Shown in pieces: positions 8,546-19,208 of a DNA stretch of 63,097 bases. The stretch is from a virus. The position numbers and the translations under genes are program-made. Within the stretch, counting starts at the first letter, position 1. Each line of letters begins with the position of its first letter. The DNA lies in UHGV virus genome UHGV-0209665; one strand, 5' to 3'. A model generated the notes under the pieces. It was not told the DNA's origin. It worked only from the letters and a program-made list of their open reading frames with translations, and searched no databases.

Positions 8546-9928
8546 ATGGCGGAAATAGGCCGCATAGGGCAGAAGCGGTGGAATGGTGTGTTCCACGAAG
8601 AATTCCTGCGAGAACTGCAAGGGATACGCGGAGTCGAGGTGTATCGGGAAATGGCAAACAATGATGATACCATCGGCGCTATCCTGTTCGCCATCAAGAT
8701 GCTGATCAGGCACACGGTGTGGAATATTGAACCTGGCGGAGATTCAGCGAAAGATCGTGAAGCTGCAGAGTTTATCGAATCTTGCATGGATGACATGCAG
8801 AGCACATGGACCGATACAATTTCGGAAATCTTATCGTTTCTTGTCTATGGATGGAGCCTGCATGAGATTGTGTACAAACGCCGGATGGGAAAAACAAGGA
8901 ATCCGAGGACTAACAGCAAATATTCCGACGGGCTGATAGGCTGGCAGAAGCTTCCGATCCGTAGCCAAGATACGCTATACAAATGGGAGTACGACAAGCA
9001 CGACAACCTGATTGGGATGACACAGATGCCGCCGCCGGATTATGGGTTTATCACAATTCCGATAAAAAAAGCTATGCTTTTTCGTACGGAAAGCGCGAAG
9101 GACAATCCGGAGGGGCGCAGCATACTAAGAAATGCGTATCGACCATGGTACTTTAAACGTCGAATCCAGGAGATTGAGGCAATAGGAATTGAGCGAGATC
9201 TGGCAGGTCTCCCAGTGTTTCATGTTCCGGAAGGAACGGATATTTGGGATGACACGGATTCGGAAATGATAAAAATAAATGCTGCTCTCACGAAGATGGT
9301 GAAATCGGTCCGCCGCGATGAATACGAAGGGCTTGTATTGCCGCACGGATTTGAATTTGAACTGGTCAGCACGGGCGGCGCCAGACAGTTTGACACAAAC
9401 GCGATTATCAACAGGTATGATACGAAGATAGCTATGACGGTTTTGGCGGACTTCCTCATGCTTGGACACAATAAGGTTGGAAGTTTTGCGCTTAGCTCCG
9501 ATAAAACGGAGCTTTTTTCTGTTGCGATATCCTCTTTTTTGGATGTTATCTGCGAGACGTTCAATAACCAGAGTATACCAGCCCTTATCGATATCAACGG
9601 AGATCACTTCAACGGCATTACGGATTATCCCAAAATGACACATGGAGAGATCGAAGATGTTGATATAAAATCCGCAGGACAGTACATTAAAGACATGGCC
9701 GGTATAGGCATCCTTGTTCCTGATGATGGCCTGGAGGATTATGTCCGGGAGATCGGTCATCTTCCGGAAAGAACCACGGATAGCAGAAGAGAGGATCCGA
9801 CCAGAACAAAACAGCAGAATCAAAGCCAACCGCCGGAGACGGACGAGAGCGAGATCCAGGAAGACGAAATAGACGAAAGCGAAGATGAAAAGACCGCTGA
9901 GGCGGCAAAGAGAAGGTTGGGGAGGTAG
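8546..9928 (+). CDS. portal protein (Mu gp29/DUF935-like)
   Basis: Size, position after terL and acidic C-terminus; resemblance to Mu-type portal. Confidence 0.65.
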   Translation: MAEIGRIGQKRWNGVFHEEFLRELQGIRGVEVYREMANNDDTIGAILFAIKMLIRHTVWNIEPGGDSAKDREAAEFIESCMDDMQSTWTDTISEILSFLVYGWSLHEIVYKRRMGKTRNPRTNSKYSDGLIGWQKLPIRSQDTLYKWEYDKHDNLIGMTQMPPPDYGFITIPIKKAMLFRTESAKDNPEGRSILRNAYRPWYFKRRIQEIEAIGIERDLAGLPVFHVPEGTDIWDDTDSEMIKINAALTKMVKSVRRDEYEGLVLPHGFEFELVSTGGARQFDTNAIINRYDTKIAMTVLADFLMLGHNKVGSFALSSDKTELFSVAISSFLDVICETFNNQSIPALIDINGDHFNGITDYPKMTHGEIEDVDIKSAGQYIKDMAGIGILVPDDGLEDYVREIGHLPERTTDSRREDPTRTKQQNQSQPPETDESEIQEDEIDESEDEKTAEAAKRRLGR

Positions 9929-9937
9929 AAGAGAACT

Positions 9938-10885
9938 ATGTATATCTTCAAAAAACCAAAACCTTTAGGAAAAGCGAAGAAGCGGAGCAAGGAAAATCTT
10001 CGCCTTTTAAATATGCTGAATCGGTATATAACGGATACTGCGGCGGTTCCGGTATCTGTCCTTACACGGTTTTGGGCAGATCAGGCAGCGGCTATTACAT
10101 ACAAGGAAATACGGAAGCTGATTGAGGATGGAGATGTATCCGAGGAAGATCTCCAGAATTGGTCGAAGGACTATTCGTCATTCGTGGTAAATACCCTCGA
10201 ACCGATGTGGGTGGAAGCTATAATAGCAGGACAACTCAGTGACGCTATACTGGATGAAGTCAGGGGCAAAGGATTTGAATTCGATGCAACCGATGTTGGT
10301 ATAAGAAACTGGATCAAAGACCGGGGAAGCGAATTTGTGACAAATGCTGTCCAAGAGCAGAAAAAAGCGATACAGCGGCTTACCATGAAGGCGGTGCGAG
10401 AAGATCTCACGCCAAATGAATTGGCAAGAGTCATTCGCCCGTGCATTGGGCTTACCGAAAGGCAGGCGCAGGCAAATTTGAAGTATTATAACCACATCAA
10501 GGAACAGATGCGGAAAGAACATCCTCGAATGAAGGAGGAGAATATCGTCAGGAGGGCGAGGGATAAGGCTTTGAAGTATGCCGAAAAGCAACATCGATAC
10601 CGCGCTGAAACGATTGCACAGACAGAACTTGCAGAGGCATACAATGCCGGAGCACATCAGGGAATCAAGCAGGCCCAGGAAAGAGGATATATAGGGCATG
10701 TGAAAAAAGTATGGGTGACGGCCAGACAGGATAACGTGTGCAAATTTTGTGAGAGCGTGGAGGGTGTCAGCAAAGAGATGGATGAATACTTTGATGTGGG
10801 AAAATGCGGAAGGGTCCTTATTCCGCCGGCGCATCCGAGATGCAGATGCGTTGTTAAGTATGTAGAGGTTAAGGAGGATCAGTGA
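9938..10885 (+). CDS. head morphogenesis protein (Mu F / SPP1 gp7-like) with C-terminal Cys cluster
   Basis: Position after portal; F-like central region; CKFC...CRC motif. Confidence 0.55.
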   Translation: MYIFKKPKPLGKAKKRSKENLRLLNMLNRYITDTAAVPVSVLTRFWADQAAAITYKEIRKLIEDGDVSEEDLQNWSKDYSSFVVNTLEPMWVEAIIAGQLSDAILDEVRGKGFEFDATDVGIRNWIKDRGSEFVTNAVQEQKKAIQRLTMKAVREDLTPNELARVIRPCIGLTERQAQANLKYYNHIKEQMRKEHPRMKEENIVRRARDKALKYAEKQHRYRAETIAQTELAEAYNAGAHQGIKQAQERGYIGHVKKVWVTARQDNVCKFCESVEGVSKEMDEYFDVGKCGRVLIPPAHPRCRCVVKYVEVKEDQ

Positions 10886-11391
10886 TGAAGAGCCTGTATG
10901 ATATTTTAGGAATCCACAAAAGCTCTGGAAAAAGAGCGGTGAATGTGGATAAACCTTGTGAAAAAGAGACCTCTGTGTTGAAAGGTCGCTTTAAGATACA
11001 AAAGTCAGAAGACGACAAGCGTCTGGCTTTTGGGTGGGCGAGCATTGCCATCGATGAAAACGGAGAACAGCTTGTTGATTGGCAGGAAGATATGATAGAT
11101 CCGGAAGAGCTTGAAAAAGCTGCATATAATTTCGTCCGACTCTACAGGGAGGGCGGAGAGATGCATGAGCGTGGCGACTGCGCGACATTAGTTGAAAGCG
11201 TAGTTTTCACGGAGGAAAAGATGATTGCGATGGGCATTCCGGAAGGAGCCCTTCCTGTTGGATGGTGGATCGGATTCCTGGTCACAGATGATGATGTGTG
11301 GGAAAAGGTAAAGGATGGAACGTATACCATGTTTTCGATTGAAGGCGAAGCTGAAAGAGTGGAGGTAGAGGAAGATGGAGATTCTGATTGA
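10882..11391 (+). CDS. hypothetical head-module protein (169 aa)
   Basis: ORF overlapping the upstream stop; acidic tail. Confidence 0.35.
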   Translation: MMKSLYDILGIHKSSGKRAVNVDKPCEKETSVLKGRFKIQKSEDDKRLAFGWASIAIDENGEQLVDWQEDMIDPEELEKAAYNFVRLYREGGEMHERGDCATLVESVVFTEEKMIAMGIPEGALPVGWWIGFLVTDDDVWEKVKDGTYTMFSIEGEAERVEVEEDGDSD

Positions 11392-11501
11392 TATTGGGAT
11401 TTTCTTTATCGGCGCATTTGTTGGATTTGTTTTGGCGTGCGTCGTAGCGGCTTCCAAAAGAAATGAATAACGGTAATTCAGAAGGCGGTTAACACCGCTT
11501 T

Positions 11502-12761
11502 TTGTTTTATAAAAAACCATGGAAGGAGGTAAGGGTATTGGCAACAAAATTAAGAAATTTGAATGTCAAAAAAGTCGATTTCGTTGACGAAGGAGCAAAC
11601 CAGCAGGCGGATATTAAGTTGTTCAAAAGAAGAGGCGAAGGAGAGCTGTCACCGCAGAAAGAGCCGACGTTGAAGCGGTTTGTAGCCGCTTTTGCGAAAA
11701 TGGCAGGGCTTTACGATGAAGCTATGGGAGAAATTGCCGAAAATGTTGACGTAACCATAGAAAAAGGCAACTCTCAGACGTTTGGTGAGAAGATGACCGA
11801 GGTAAAGCGTCAGAAGGTGGCTGATGAGATGTGGAGCATCTGTTATGCACTACAGTCTTCCCTGCAGTCGATTCTTTACGACGATGATCTCGATGGATCC
11901 ACGGCGCAGTCCATGATGGAAGAAAGCATATCCGAATTTGATGGAATCATCGCTGATGCTATCAGTAGCTGGGCTGCCGGAAAAGTCAGCGGAATCAAAA
12001 AGGATATCGGCATCAATGATATCGAATCCTTAAAGAAGTTCAGGACAAGCCTGGACGAAAGAATTGAGAAAGCGATGAACAGCGAGAAAGGAGAAAATGA
12101 AGAAATGGCAAAAATCGACAAATCTAAAATGACCCCGGAAGACAGGGCGGCTTACGAGGAAATCATGAAGAAGTACGGTATCGAAGAAGAGGAGGATCCT
12201 GTTGCAAAGTCTACAGTGAAGCCGGGAGCCAACAAGGCGAGCACAGACGAGGAAGAGGATCTTGATAATGGCGGCGGAAAGCAGACAACGAAAAAATCCG
12301 TTACTGGGCAGGCTGAACCGGAGGAGGATATCTTCAAAGGCCTGCATCCGGCTGTCAAAGCGGAGATTGAGGCCCTTAGAAAATACCGGGAGTCCGCAGA
12401 AAACAGAGAATTCATGGAAATTGCAAAGAAATACGAGATTATCGGAAAGAAAGCGGAAGAGCTCGGACCGGTCCTGAAGACTTTGAAAGCTGCTGGCGGC
12501 ACCGCTTATGACGATATGATCTCCACACTCGATTCTATGGTTGCGATGGCTGACAATTCCGGCATCTTTTCCGAGATCGGGAAATCGGGAAGAGGAAGTC
12601 ACGTATCCGTTGCGAAGGGAAAATCTGAAGCGCAGGTAGAGTCTATCGCAAAAGGATATATGGAAAAAGATCCGGACCTGAACTATGCGGACGCTCTCGC
12701 GAAAGCGTGGGAAAGCAACCCTGAGTTACTGGCTTCTTACGATGAAGAGGCAGGATTTTAA
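11502..12761 (+). CDS. scaffolding protein
   Basis: E/K-rich, predicted coiled-coil, located before decoration/capsid genes. A true start may be TTG near 11539 after the AAGGAGG RBS. Confidence 0.5.
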   Translation: MFYKKPWKEVRVLATKLRNLNVKKVDFVDEGANQQADIKLFKRRGEGELSPQKEPTLKRFVAAFAKMAGLYDEAMGEIAENVDVTIEKGNSQTFGEKMTEVKRQKVADEMWSICYALQSSLQSILYDDDLDGSTAQSMMEESISEFDGIIADAISSWAAGKVSGIKKDIGINDIESLKKFRTSLDERIEKAMNSEKGENEEMAKIDKSKMTPEDRAAYEEIMKKYGIEEEEDPVAKSTVKPGANKASTDEEEDLDNGGGKQTTKKSVTGQAEPEEDIFKGLHPAVKAEIEALRKYRESAENREFMEIAKKYEIIGKKAEELGPVLKTLKAAGGTAYDDMISTLDSMVAMADNSGIFSEIGKSGRGSHVSVAKGKSEAQVESIAKGYMEKDPDLNYADALAKAWESNPELLASYDEEAGF

Positions 12762-12778
12762 GGAAGGAGGAAAGACTT

Positions 12779-13225
12779 ATGGCAAAGAATTTTAACGGAA
12801 CACAGATCAATAATTCCGCAACGATCGTTGAAAAAGCAGGCGCTGAAATTGCCGACTGCAGAAATAAGATTATGAAATATGACGGAAACGGCAATGTGGT
12901 TCTTGCTACGGCAGGCACAGATATTCCGGTTGGAGTTGCCCTTATCGAGGCGGGCTACAATGACATCTCTGGAGCTGAGTCCGGGAAGGTAGCCATCGGG
13001 GACGATGTGGACATTCTGGTAAAGGATATCGGCTTTGTTCTTGCCGGCGTCGCAATCACAAAAGGACAGGAGATTACGGCAGGGGCAAATGGACTTGCTG
13101 CGGTAGCGACTGACGGAAACTATGTCTTGGGCATTGCATTATCCAGCGCAAAGGCAAACGAATACTGTTGCATCCAGATCACCAAATACCAGAAAGCAGC
13201 GGCGGCTGCCGGTGGAGAAGGCTAA
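12779..13225 (+). CDS. DUF2190-like head decoration/fibre protein
   Basis: 148 aa, Gly/Ala-rich small protein immediately upstream of the major capsid gene. Confidence 0.45.
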   Translation: MAKNFNGTQINNSATIVEKAGAEIADCRNKIMKYDGNGNVVLATAGTDIPVGVALIEAGYNDISGAESGKVAIGDDVDILVKDIGFVLAGVAITKGQEITAGANGLAAVATDGNYVLGIALSSAKANEYCCIQITKYQKAAAAAGGEG

Positions 13226-13245
13226 TAGAAAAGGAGGAATAACAC

Positions 13246-14271
13246 ATGAGAAACACTACAAAGGGAATTGCGGCAGAGATTGCAAAGGGAGCATTCAGAC
13301 CGCACACAGCACTGACTAACATGGCACTGTCCTACTACCAGAATTCAGCGAATTATTTTGCGAAATCCCTGTTTCCGGTATGCCCGGTAGATTTGTCATC
13401 CGATAATTACTACATTTTTGACAAAGAGGATTTGCTGAGAGACAGTTGGCAGAGAAAGCCGGCATATGGCAAAGTTGCTCCGGCTGTTGTATCCGAGCAT
13501 ACGGAAACATATAACTGCAAAGTAGACCAGATGATTATGGGGATCGATCAGATCAGACAGACGGATCTTCAGCGCCGTCAGGGACCGGCAACAAGAGATC
13601 CGAGAGTGCAGAGGACAAAGACAATCGCTGAGCAGGCTAATATCCATCAGGATGTGCTGTTTGCAGGAAGTTTCTTTAAGTCTGGCGTTTGGTCCAACGA
13701 ATACACGGGTGTTGATTCAACAAGCGTGTCCGGAAAGCAGTTTATCAAATTCAGCAATGACAACTCGGATCCGGTTAAGTTCTTCGATGAAAAAGCGACG
13801 GAGATGCAGGAGCTGACTGGACGCAGACCAAACCGTATTGGGCTTGGGGCAAATGTGTTTACCGCGCTGAAGAACCATCCTGGAATCCTCGAAAGAGTAA
13901 AATATGGCGGATCAACGATGAATCCGGCGAACGTAAATCTGAATGTTCTTTCCCAGCTCTTCAGCACGGAAAGGGTAGTTGTTATGCAGTCCATTATGAA
14001 CAAGGCAGCGATGGGGGCTGATGCAGACATGGGATTTATCGGAGATCCGAATGCAATCCTGCTCTGTTATGCTACCAACAATCCGTCTATTGATGAGCCG
14101 AGCGCAGGATACATCTTCACGTGGGACATGCTTGGCGACGGGCAGATTCTTCCGGTCCTCAATTATCTGGGAGAAAATGGAACACATTCGGAATATGTAG
14201 AAGGACTTATGGCAAGTGATATGAAGAAAACGGCAGATGATCTTGGAATGTTCTTTAAAGATGCTGTTTAA
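13246..14271 (+). CDS. major capsid protein
   Basis: 341 aa, position after scaffold/decoration genes, strong AGGAGG RBS. Confidence 0.65.
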   Translation: MRNTTKGIAAEIAKGAFRPHTALTNMALSYYQNSANYFAKSLFPVCPVDLSSDNYYIFDKEDLLRDSWQRKPAYGKVAPAVVSEHTETYNCKVDQMIMGIDQIRQTDLQRRQGPATRDPRVQRTKTIAEQANIHQDVLFAGSFFKSGVWSNEYTGVDSTSVSGKQFIKFSNDNSDPVKFFDEKATEMQELTGRRPNRIGLGANVFTALKNHPGILERVKYGGSTMNPANVNLNVLSQLFSTERVVVMQSIMNKAAMGADADMGFIGDPNAILLCYATNNPSIDEPSAGYIFTWDMLGDGQILPVLNYLGENGTHSEYVEGLMASDMKKTADDLGMFFKDAV

Positions 14272-14282
14272 GGAGGGAGCTT

Positions 14283-14726
14283 ATGAGGCTGATAGCAAAA
14301 AAGCCCTGTTCGTTTAATGGGCAGACCTTTTATATTGGCGATGAAATTCCGTCTGAATTTGTCATCAATCCCAAAGCGCAGGAGAAACTTGGAGTGATTG
14401 CGATCGCCGCCGGCGGGGGAGATCCGAGCGAACCGGCCGTCACTGGCGCATTCATAGGTCAGGTTGAGTTTGCAATCCCGATTAACCAGAGGGATGGAAA
14501 GATGATTCTCCACTGTAACGAAGAACAGATATGCAAAGCCGCAGAGGTAATGCAGATGACCGCCGGAGAAGCAAAAGAGACTATTAATGAGATCGAGGAC
14601 GAGAAAGTTCTGATTCTGCTTAATGCTTGTGATTCGAGAAAAGCTATCAAAGAAGCAACAGAAGCGGCCGCCACAAAACTCAACTTTGAAGAGGATGTGC
14701 AGGAGGAAAGCGCAGGTGATGAATAA
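14283..14726 (+). CDS. hypothetical head protein (147 aa)
   Basis: Operon position; GGAGGGAGC RBS. Confidence 0.35.
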   Translation: MRLIAKKPCSFNGQTFYIGDEIPSEFVINPKAQEKLGVIAIAAGGGDPSEPAVTGAFIGQVEFAIPINQRDGKMILHCNEEQICKAAEVMQMTAGEAKETINEIEDEKVLILLNACDSRKAIKEATEAAATKLNFEEDVQEESAGDE

Positions 14727-15133
14727 TGGCAGGCGCATACAGTTACGATCCTGGAAAATTATCTGAACGAGGGAAAGACCTTATGCGTTTTGAGCTTGGC
14801 GATACAATGGTAGAGGGGAAGGAGAAAACTTGCGCTCTTACTGATGAAGAATACACAGCCATACTTGAAATGCACAAGAACTGGAAGCGGGCAAAGCTGG
14901 CCTGCTTAGAGACTATTTTTAGGCGCTTTTCCTATGAGGTTGATACACAAACGGGTCCACTATCGTTACAGTTCGGAAATCGGGCAAAGTTGTGGCAGGA
15001 AGAATACGAGAAGCTCAAAGCATCGGTAGCACAGAACTGCCTTTCCGCAGCGGCTATTTCAGCACAAGGAAACGAATGTGAACGCCCTTATTTCTATACC
15101 GGTATGATGTCTACGGAGAGGGAGGGTGGCTGA
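14726..15133 (+). CDS. putative head-tail connector protein
   Basis: Operon position between capsid and tail genes; size. Confidence 0.35.
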   Translation: MAGAYSYDPGKLSERGKDLMRFELGDTMVEGKEKTCALTDEEYTAILEMHKNWKRAKLACLETIFRRFSYEVDTQTGPLSLQFGNRAKLWQEEYEKLKASVAQNCLSAAAISAQGNECERPYFYTGMMSTEREGG

Positions 15134-15488
15134 TGTGCTTATGTATTTTCGCCCGGGAAATCTTTTTAAAGAGTTCCTGGTAAAAAGAAAAGACTCTGAC
15201 ATATCAAGCATCGGGCTTCCCGTGGTGGAATATAAGGATACAGGGATTCTTGTCAATGGTGTTTTGGCAGAAGCTGATACTGATGACCGCGAAAAGACTA
15301 AGCACATGTGGGACCAGGATCAGCACTCCCTAACCCATACTATTGTAAGTTGGGATGGGCCGGCTGCCAAAAAGGGAGACGTTCTCGCGATGGACAGCCG
15401 GTTATTTCTTGTGCTTGCCATAGATGATGCCGGTTCGTTGGGCGTGGCAACAATCTATTACGCAGAAGAAAGGAATGATTTGAGATGA
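15126..15488 (+). CDS. putative head closure protein
   Basis: Operon position; overlapping start/stop. Confidence 0.3.
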   Translation: MADVLMYFRPGNLFKEFLVKRKDSDISSIGLPVVEYKDTGILVNGVLAEADTDDREKTKHMWDQDQHSLTHTIVSWDGPAAKKGDVLAMDSRLFLVLAIDDAGSLGVATIYYAEERNDLR

Positions 15489-15874
15489 CACCTGGAGGAG
15501 CATCCGAAGCGATCCGCCAAGCTGTGCGCGAGGCGGTTAGGGAGGTAAATCAAAAGACAATGTCTAAGGCATTTCGCGTGTCAAATGCCATGCGGAATAG
15601 CGCCATAGAAGTTCTGACAAACCCAAGTCCATCATCACCGGGAAACCCTCCCGGGGTGAGGACGGGCTTCCTGCGACGAGCGTGGAAGACGGGGGTGCGA
15701 ATGAATGGAGGAAACTCGAACTCAAGCATCTCTATAACGGCTTACGCAGACTCCAAAGCTTCATATGCCGGATATCTTGAAGACGGAACGAAAAAAATGG
15801 AGGCAAGACCATTCGTGGATCCTATTTTGGACGATGTGGAACCGGAGGTTGATTCGATTTTTTCTGATTTTTAG
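15485..15874 (+). CDS. HK97 gp10-like tail-completion/virion morphogenesis protein
   Basis: Size and position; overlapping start/stop. Confidence 0.35.
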   Translation: MTPGGASEAIRQAVREAVREVNQKTMSKAFRVSNAMRNSAIEVLTNPSPSSPGNPPGVRTGFLRRAWKTGVRMNGGNSNSSISITAYADSKASYAGYLEDGTKKMEARPFVDPILDDVEPEVDSIFSDF

Positions 15875-15883
15875 GAGGTTTAT

Positions 15884-16186
15884 ATGCTGATTATTAGGAA
15901 TCCGACTAACGTATTCGATACGGAGGAAATACAGCGCGGCACCTTGATATATGCAAAGCATAAAAGCTGGAGCAAAGGGGAGCAAGGGTTTGTCGTTTCC
16001 GTTACGGGAAACAAGGTCACTGTGCAATATCCACCGCAGATCGGGAATGTCACGAACCACTTTTTTATTTATGCTGACGAGGTGGCAAACGGGGATTGGG
16101 AAATTCGATACAGCAAGGATATGCAGACGATCGTGAAATATCCGGAGGAAGGAGCAGGAGATGAATCTGATAAGCCTGATTTATAA
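15884..16186 (+). CDS. hypothetical protein (100 aa)
   Basis: ORF in the morphogenesis operon. Confidence 0.3.
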   Translation: MLIIRNPTNVFDTEEIQRGTLIYAKHKSWSKGEQGFVVSVTGNKVTVQYPPQIGNVTNHFFIYADEVANGDWEIRYSKDMQTIVKYPEEGAGDESDKPDL

Positions 16187-17030
16187 AAGATTGCTTGATT
16201 CTGAAAAGTTGAAGGCGCTATGCGCGACTTACGCAGACAAACCGGCCATATTCAACACAGAAGCTCCGGATGATAAGCAGGAAGGATGGAAAGGGAAAAG
16301 CCAGTACCCACGTATCAATTTTACGTGCGATATGCAGGCAAATGAGGAAAGATCCAGTGTAGGCGCTCTGAACATCGTCGCCTATACAGAAAGCACCTCT
16401 CTGGTCATTTTAGAGATCGAGGCGGCTATTAAGGAGTGCTTCAGGGATGTCCTGATTTACCCGGATGATGGCGGACCGTACAGTTTTGCGTGGGCAAGAA
16501 CGGATCCATTCCTGCTTGAAGGAAATGTGATTGGACAGGAGATATCCATAGACATGATGGAATATTCGCCGCAGGAGACAACGGATCCCGATCCTATTGT
16601 TGCCTTGAACCAGTATATTAAAGAATTATATCCGGAGTCTGTAGTCATTGGCGTGGATCGGCTGAGCGAGATTACAGACACATCAGAAAAACCGGTATTT
16701 TACTGCCGGCTGACCGCGCTGAACAAAGTGAATGGAAATAATATGAATACTGTTGCATGGATGGACTGCAGAATAGCGGTCCATCTTTTATGCCCGGATA
16801 AATCAAAGAACATCAAAATGATTGCTGCTGTAGCCCAGAGAATCGCTGCGGACGAAAGAATAATCCTGCTGGACGGATCCCCTATGAACGTATTTGAGGT
16901 TCAGCTAGATCGTCAGGCGGATTATCTGAAAGCAGGTCAACTGTATGTGACGGGAAGATATGGAATCTTGAAATACAGGGCGAAAGAACACGCGATTATG
17001 AAAAATGTCATTTTAAGTAAGGAGGAATAA
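16161..17030 (+). CDS. hypothetical tail/neck protein (289 aa)
   Basis: ORF in the morphogenesis operon. Confidence 0.3.
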   Translation: MNLISLIYKRLLDSEKLKALCATYADKPAIFNTEAPDDKQEGWKGKSQYPRINFTCDMQANEERSSVGALNIVAYTESTSLVILEIEAAIKECFRDVLIYPDDGGPYSFAWARTDPFLLEGNVIGQEISIDMMEYSPQETTDPDPIVALNQYIKELYPESVVIGVDRLSEITDTSEKPVFYCRLTALNKVNGNNMNTVAWMDCRIAVHLLCPDKSKNIKMIAAVAQRIAADERIILLDGSPMNVFEVQLDRQADYLKAGQLYVTGRYGILKYRAKEHAIMKNVILSKEE

Positions 17031-17035
17031 ATATT

Positions 17036-17263
17036 ATGGCAGAAGCAAAGACATCTGGCGCAAATACTTCGTCAAAGGAAAAGGCGCCAAAGAAAATTGC
17101 TGAACCGGTTTACAGCGCGCAGGAGCTTTCCAATGCGGCAGAACGGTTCGGAACACGTAAAGAATGTGTTGCTGCGGCTTTGAGATACTACGGTAAAGAC
17201 AGGGCCACGGTAAAAGAAGCGAAAGAGCTTGTAAACAAATTTATGAGCAAGGAGGTTAAGTGA
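17036..17263 (+). CDS. hypothetical protein (75 aa)
   Basis: ORF with RBS preceding the sheath gene. Confidence 0.3.
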   Translation: MAEAKTSGANTSSKEKAPKKIAEPVYSAQELSNAAERFGTRKECVAAALRYYGKDRATVKEAKELVNKFMSKEVK

Positions 17264-18672
17264 TGGCAGGAACATTTATTGTTGGTGAAACCAAAATTCG
17301 ACCGGGAACATATTTCAACATCCAGAAGGTCGGGGAAAATCAGATCGTAGGAGCGTCAGATGGAGTAGTGGCAATCTTCTTTAAATCCGATTTTGGACCG
17401 CTTGCTGAAGCGGTAGAGATCACGCCAGAAGAAGGGTATGAAAAGCTGTACGGCACTGCAGGTTCGACTAACGCAATCCGTGAAGTGATTAGGGCAGGAG
17501 CAACGAAATGCGTTTGCGTTCGCGTTGGAAAAGGCGGAACTGCGGCCACAGTTACCCTTGATAAGGACGGCGATACAGAAGCATTAAAGATCACAGCGAA
17601 ATATCCGGGCGCCAAGGACTTTGCGGTTACTGTAAGAGAAAAACTGTCCGATTCATCCCTCAAAGAATGCGTTATCTATTCCGGGGCAAAAGAATTTGAG
17701 AAGCTCGAATTCGCGGCCGGAGATGATGAAGTAAAGGCGCTGAACGATGCGTTTGTAAATTCCAAGTGCTTTACTTCCGAGATCGTAGCAAGCGCAACAG
17801 GTGTTCTCGCAGATGTGAGCGAAGAGGCATTTACTCCGGGAACAGATCCTACGGCAAGTAATGCGGAATACAGCGAAGCGTTTGTTGCAGCGGAGCCTTA
17901 CCGGTTCAATGTAGCGTGTGTTGATACGGAAGAAACCGCCGTACATCAGTTGCTTGCTTCGTTTATTGATCGGATTTTCGATGCAGGACAGCTTGCAATG
18001 GCGGTTGTGGCCGAAAAGAAAACGGTCGCGCTTACGGACCGTATGGCACATGCGGCTGCGTTCAACAGTGAGAAGATGCATTATGTAGTAAACGCATCCG
18101 CAGAAATCTCTGGAGAACCTGTAGAGGGATACCTCGTAGCGGCAAGGATCGCAGGAATGATTGCTGCGTGTGCGTCCAATAAATCTCTTACCCACACGGT
18201 TGTGGAAGGGTATACGAAACTTAACGACGCCCTCACTCCGACAGACATCTCTACAGCAGAGCAGAAAGGATGCATCGTTCTCAGCACAAACACGAGCGGG
18301 CAGATCTGGATCGACAGCGCAATCAATACGCTGGTAAGCCCGGCGGATAATCAGGATGACGGTTGGAAAAAGATCAGAAGAACAAAAACGAGATATGAAC
18401 TGATTACCCGCTGCAATGACCAGGCTGATGCTTTGATCGGAAAGGTGGATAACGATGTAAACGGACGGGCTACGGTTGTTAGTCAGCTGCAGGGCGTCAT
18501 CAATGCGATGATCAACGAAGGTAAGCTTGTATCCGGTACCGCATCCGAGAATACCACATATCAGTCCGATGGTGATTATGCATACATGGATATCCAGGTG
18601 ATCGACAAGGATTCCATTGAGCATCTGTATCTGACATACAAATTCCAGTTCTCGAGCAGGACAACTGAATAA
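17260..18672 (+). CDS. tail sheath protein (XkdK-like)
   Basis: 470 aa; followed by a ~150 aa tube protein and chaperone, the PBSX-like gene order. Confidence 0.65.
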   Translation: MMAGTFIVGETKIRPGTYFNIQKVGENQIVGASDGVVAIFFKSDFGPLAEAVEITPEEGYEKLYGTAGSTNAIREVIRAGATKCVCVRVGKGGTAATVTLDKDGDTEALKITAKYPGAKDFAVTVREKLSDSSLKECVIYSGAKEFEKLEFAAGDDEVKALNDAFVNSKCFTSEIVASATGVLADVSEEAFTPGTDPTASNAEYSEAFVAAEPYRFNVACVDTEETAVHQLLASFIDRIFDAGQLAMAVVAEKKTVALTDRMAHAAAFNSEKMHYVVNASAEISGEPVEGYLVAARIAGMIAACASNKSLTHTVVEGYTKLNDALTPTDISTAEQKGCIVLSTNTSGQIWIDSAINTLVSPADNQDDGWKKIRRTKTRYELITRCNDQADALIGKVDNDVNGRATVVSQLQGVINAMINEGKLVSGTASENTTYQSDGDYAYMDIQVIDKDSIEHLYLTYKFQFSSRTTE

Positions 18673-18686
18673 AGGAGGGAAACTAA

Positions 18687-19145
18687 ATGGCTATTAACGA
18701 AAGAGCATCATCTGATGCGCGTCATGCGCGTACCGGCAAGGACGCCGGACTCTACAATGGAACCGGCGATCTTCTGGCTTCCATGGAGTCTTTTCAGGCA
18801 AAGGCTACATACAACAATGTGAAGTATAAACCTATGGGAGATCCGCAGGAGCATGAGACCAGTGACTCTTACGGAATCACGATCACTGTTACAGAAATCG
18901 TGATCGAAGATATCGACATGTTCCGTGAACTCATGGCATCTATGAAGTCTGGAACAACACCGCAGTTCGTGTTCCAGGGCGTTCTCCAGGGACTTAACGG
19001 TTCCGAAGAGCGTGTTGTATACAGAGAATGTATCCCATCTGGAGACATTGATCTCCAGAATGTTGCGAATGGAGACGTTATCAAACGTAACTGGAACTTC
19101 TTTGTCAATGGAAAACCGGATCTCCAGAAGGAACTCACAATCTAA
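18687..19145 (+). CDS. tail tube protein (XkdM-like)
   Basis: 152 aa, position after the sheath gene. Confidence 0.6.
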   Translation: MAINERASSDARHARTGKDAGLYNGTGDLLASMESFQAKATYNNVKYKPMGDPQEHETSDSYGITITVTEIVIEDIDMFRELMASMKSGTTPQFVFQGVLQGLNGSEERVVYRECIPSGDIDLQNVANGDVIKRNWNFFVNGKPDLQKELTI

Positions 19146-19161
19146 ACTGATAAATTTGATG

Positions 19162-19190
19162 AAGGGCGGCCCTGCGGCCACCCTTCGGCA
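19162..19190 (+). other. hairpin (attenuator-like) between tube and chaperone genes
   Basis: GAAGGGCGGCC-CTGC-GGCCACCCTTC imperfect inverted repeat. Confidence 0.3.
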
Positions 19191-19208
19191 TTTTAAGGAG
19201 GATATGCA

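Noticed and set aside
17653-18624. Long antisense ORF (323 aa) within the sheath gene. Similar cases: 23309..24229 in the tape measure gene, 12030..12602 in the scaffold gene, 9125..9829 in the portal gene, 3740..4456 across the ParB/PAPS genes, 181..687 at the left end.
   Set aside because: They are opposite to a continuous RBS-linked + strand operon with recognisable homology. They are Cys/Arg/Ser-rich low-complexity translations typical of antisense frames.
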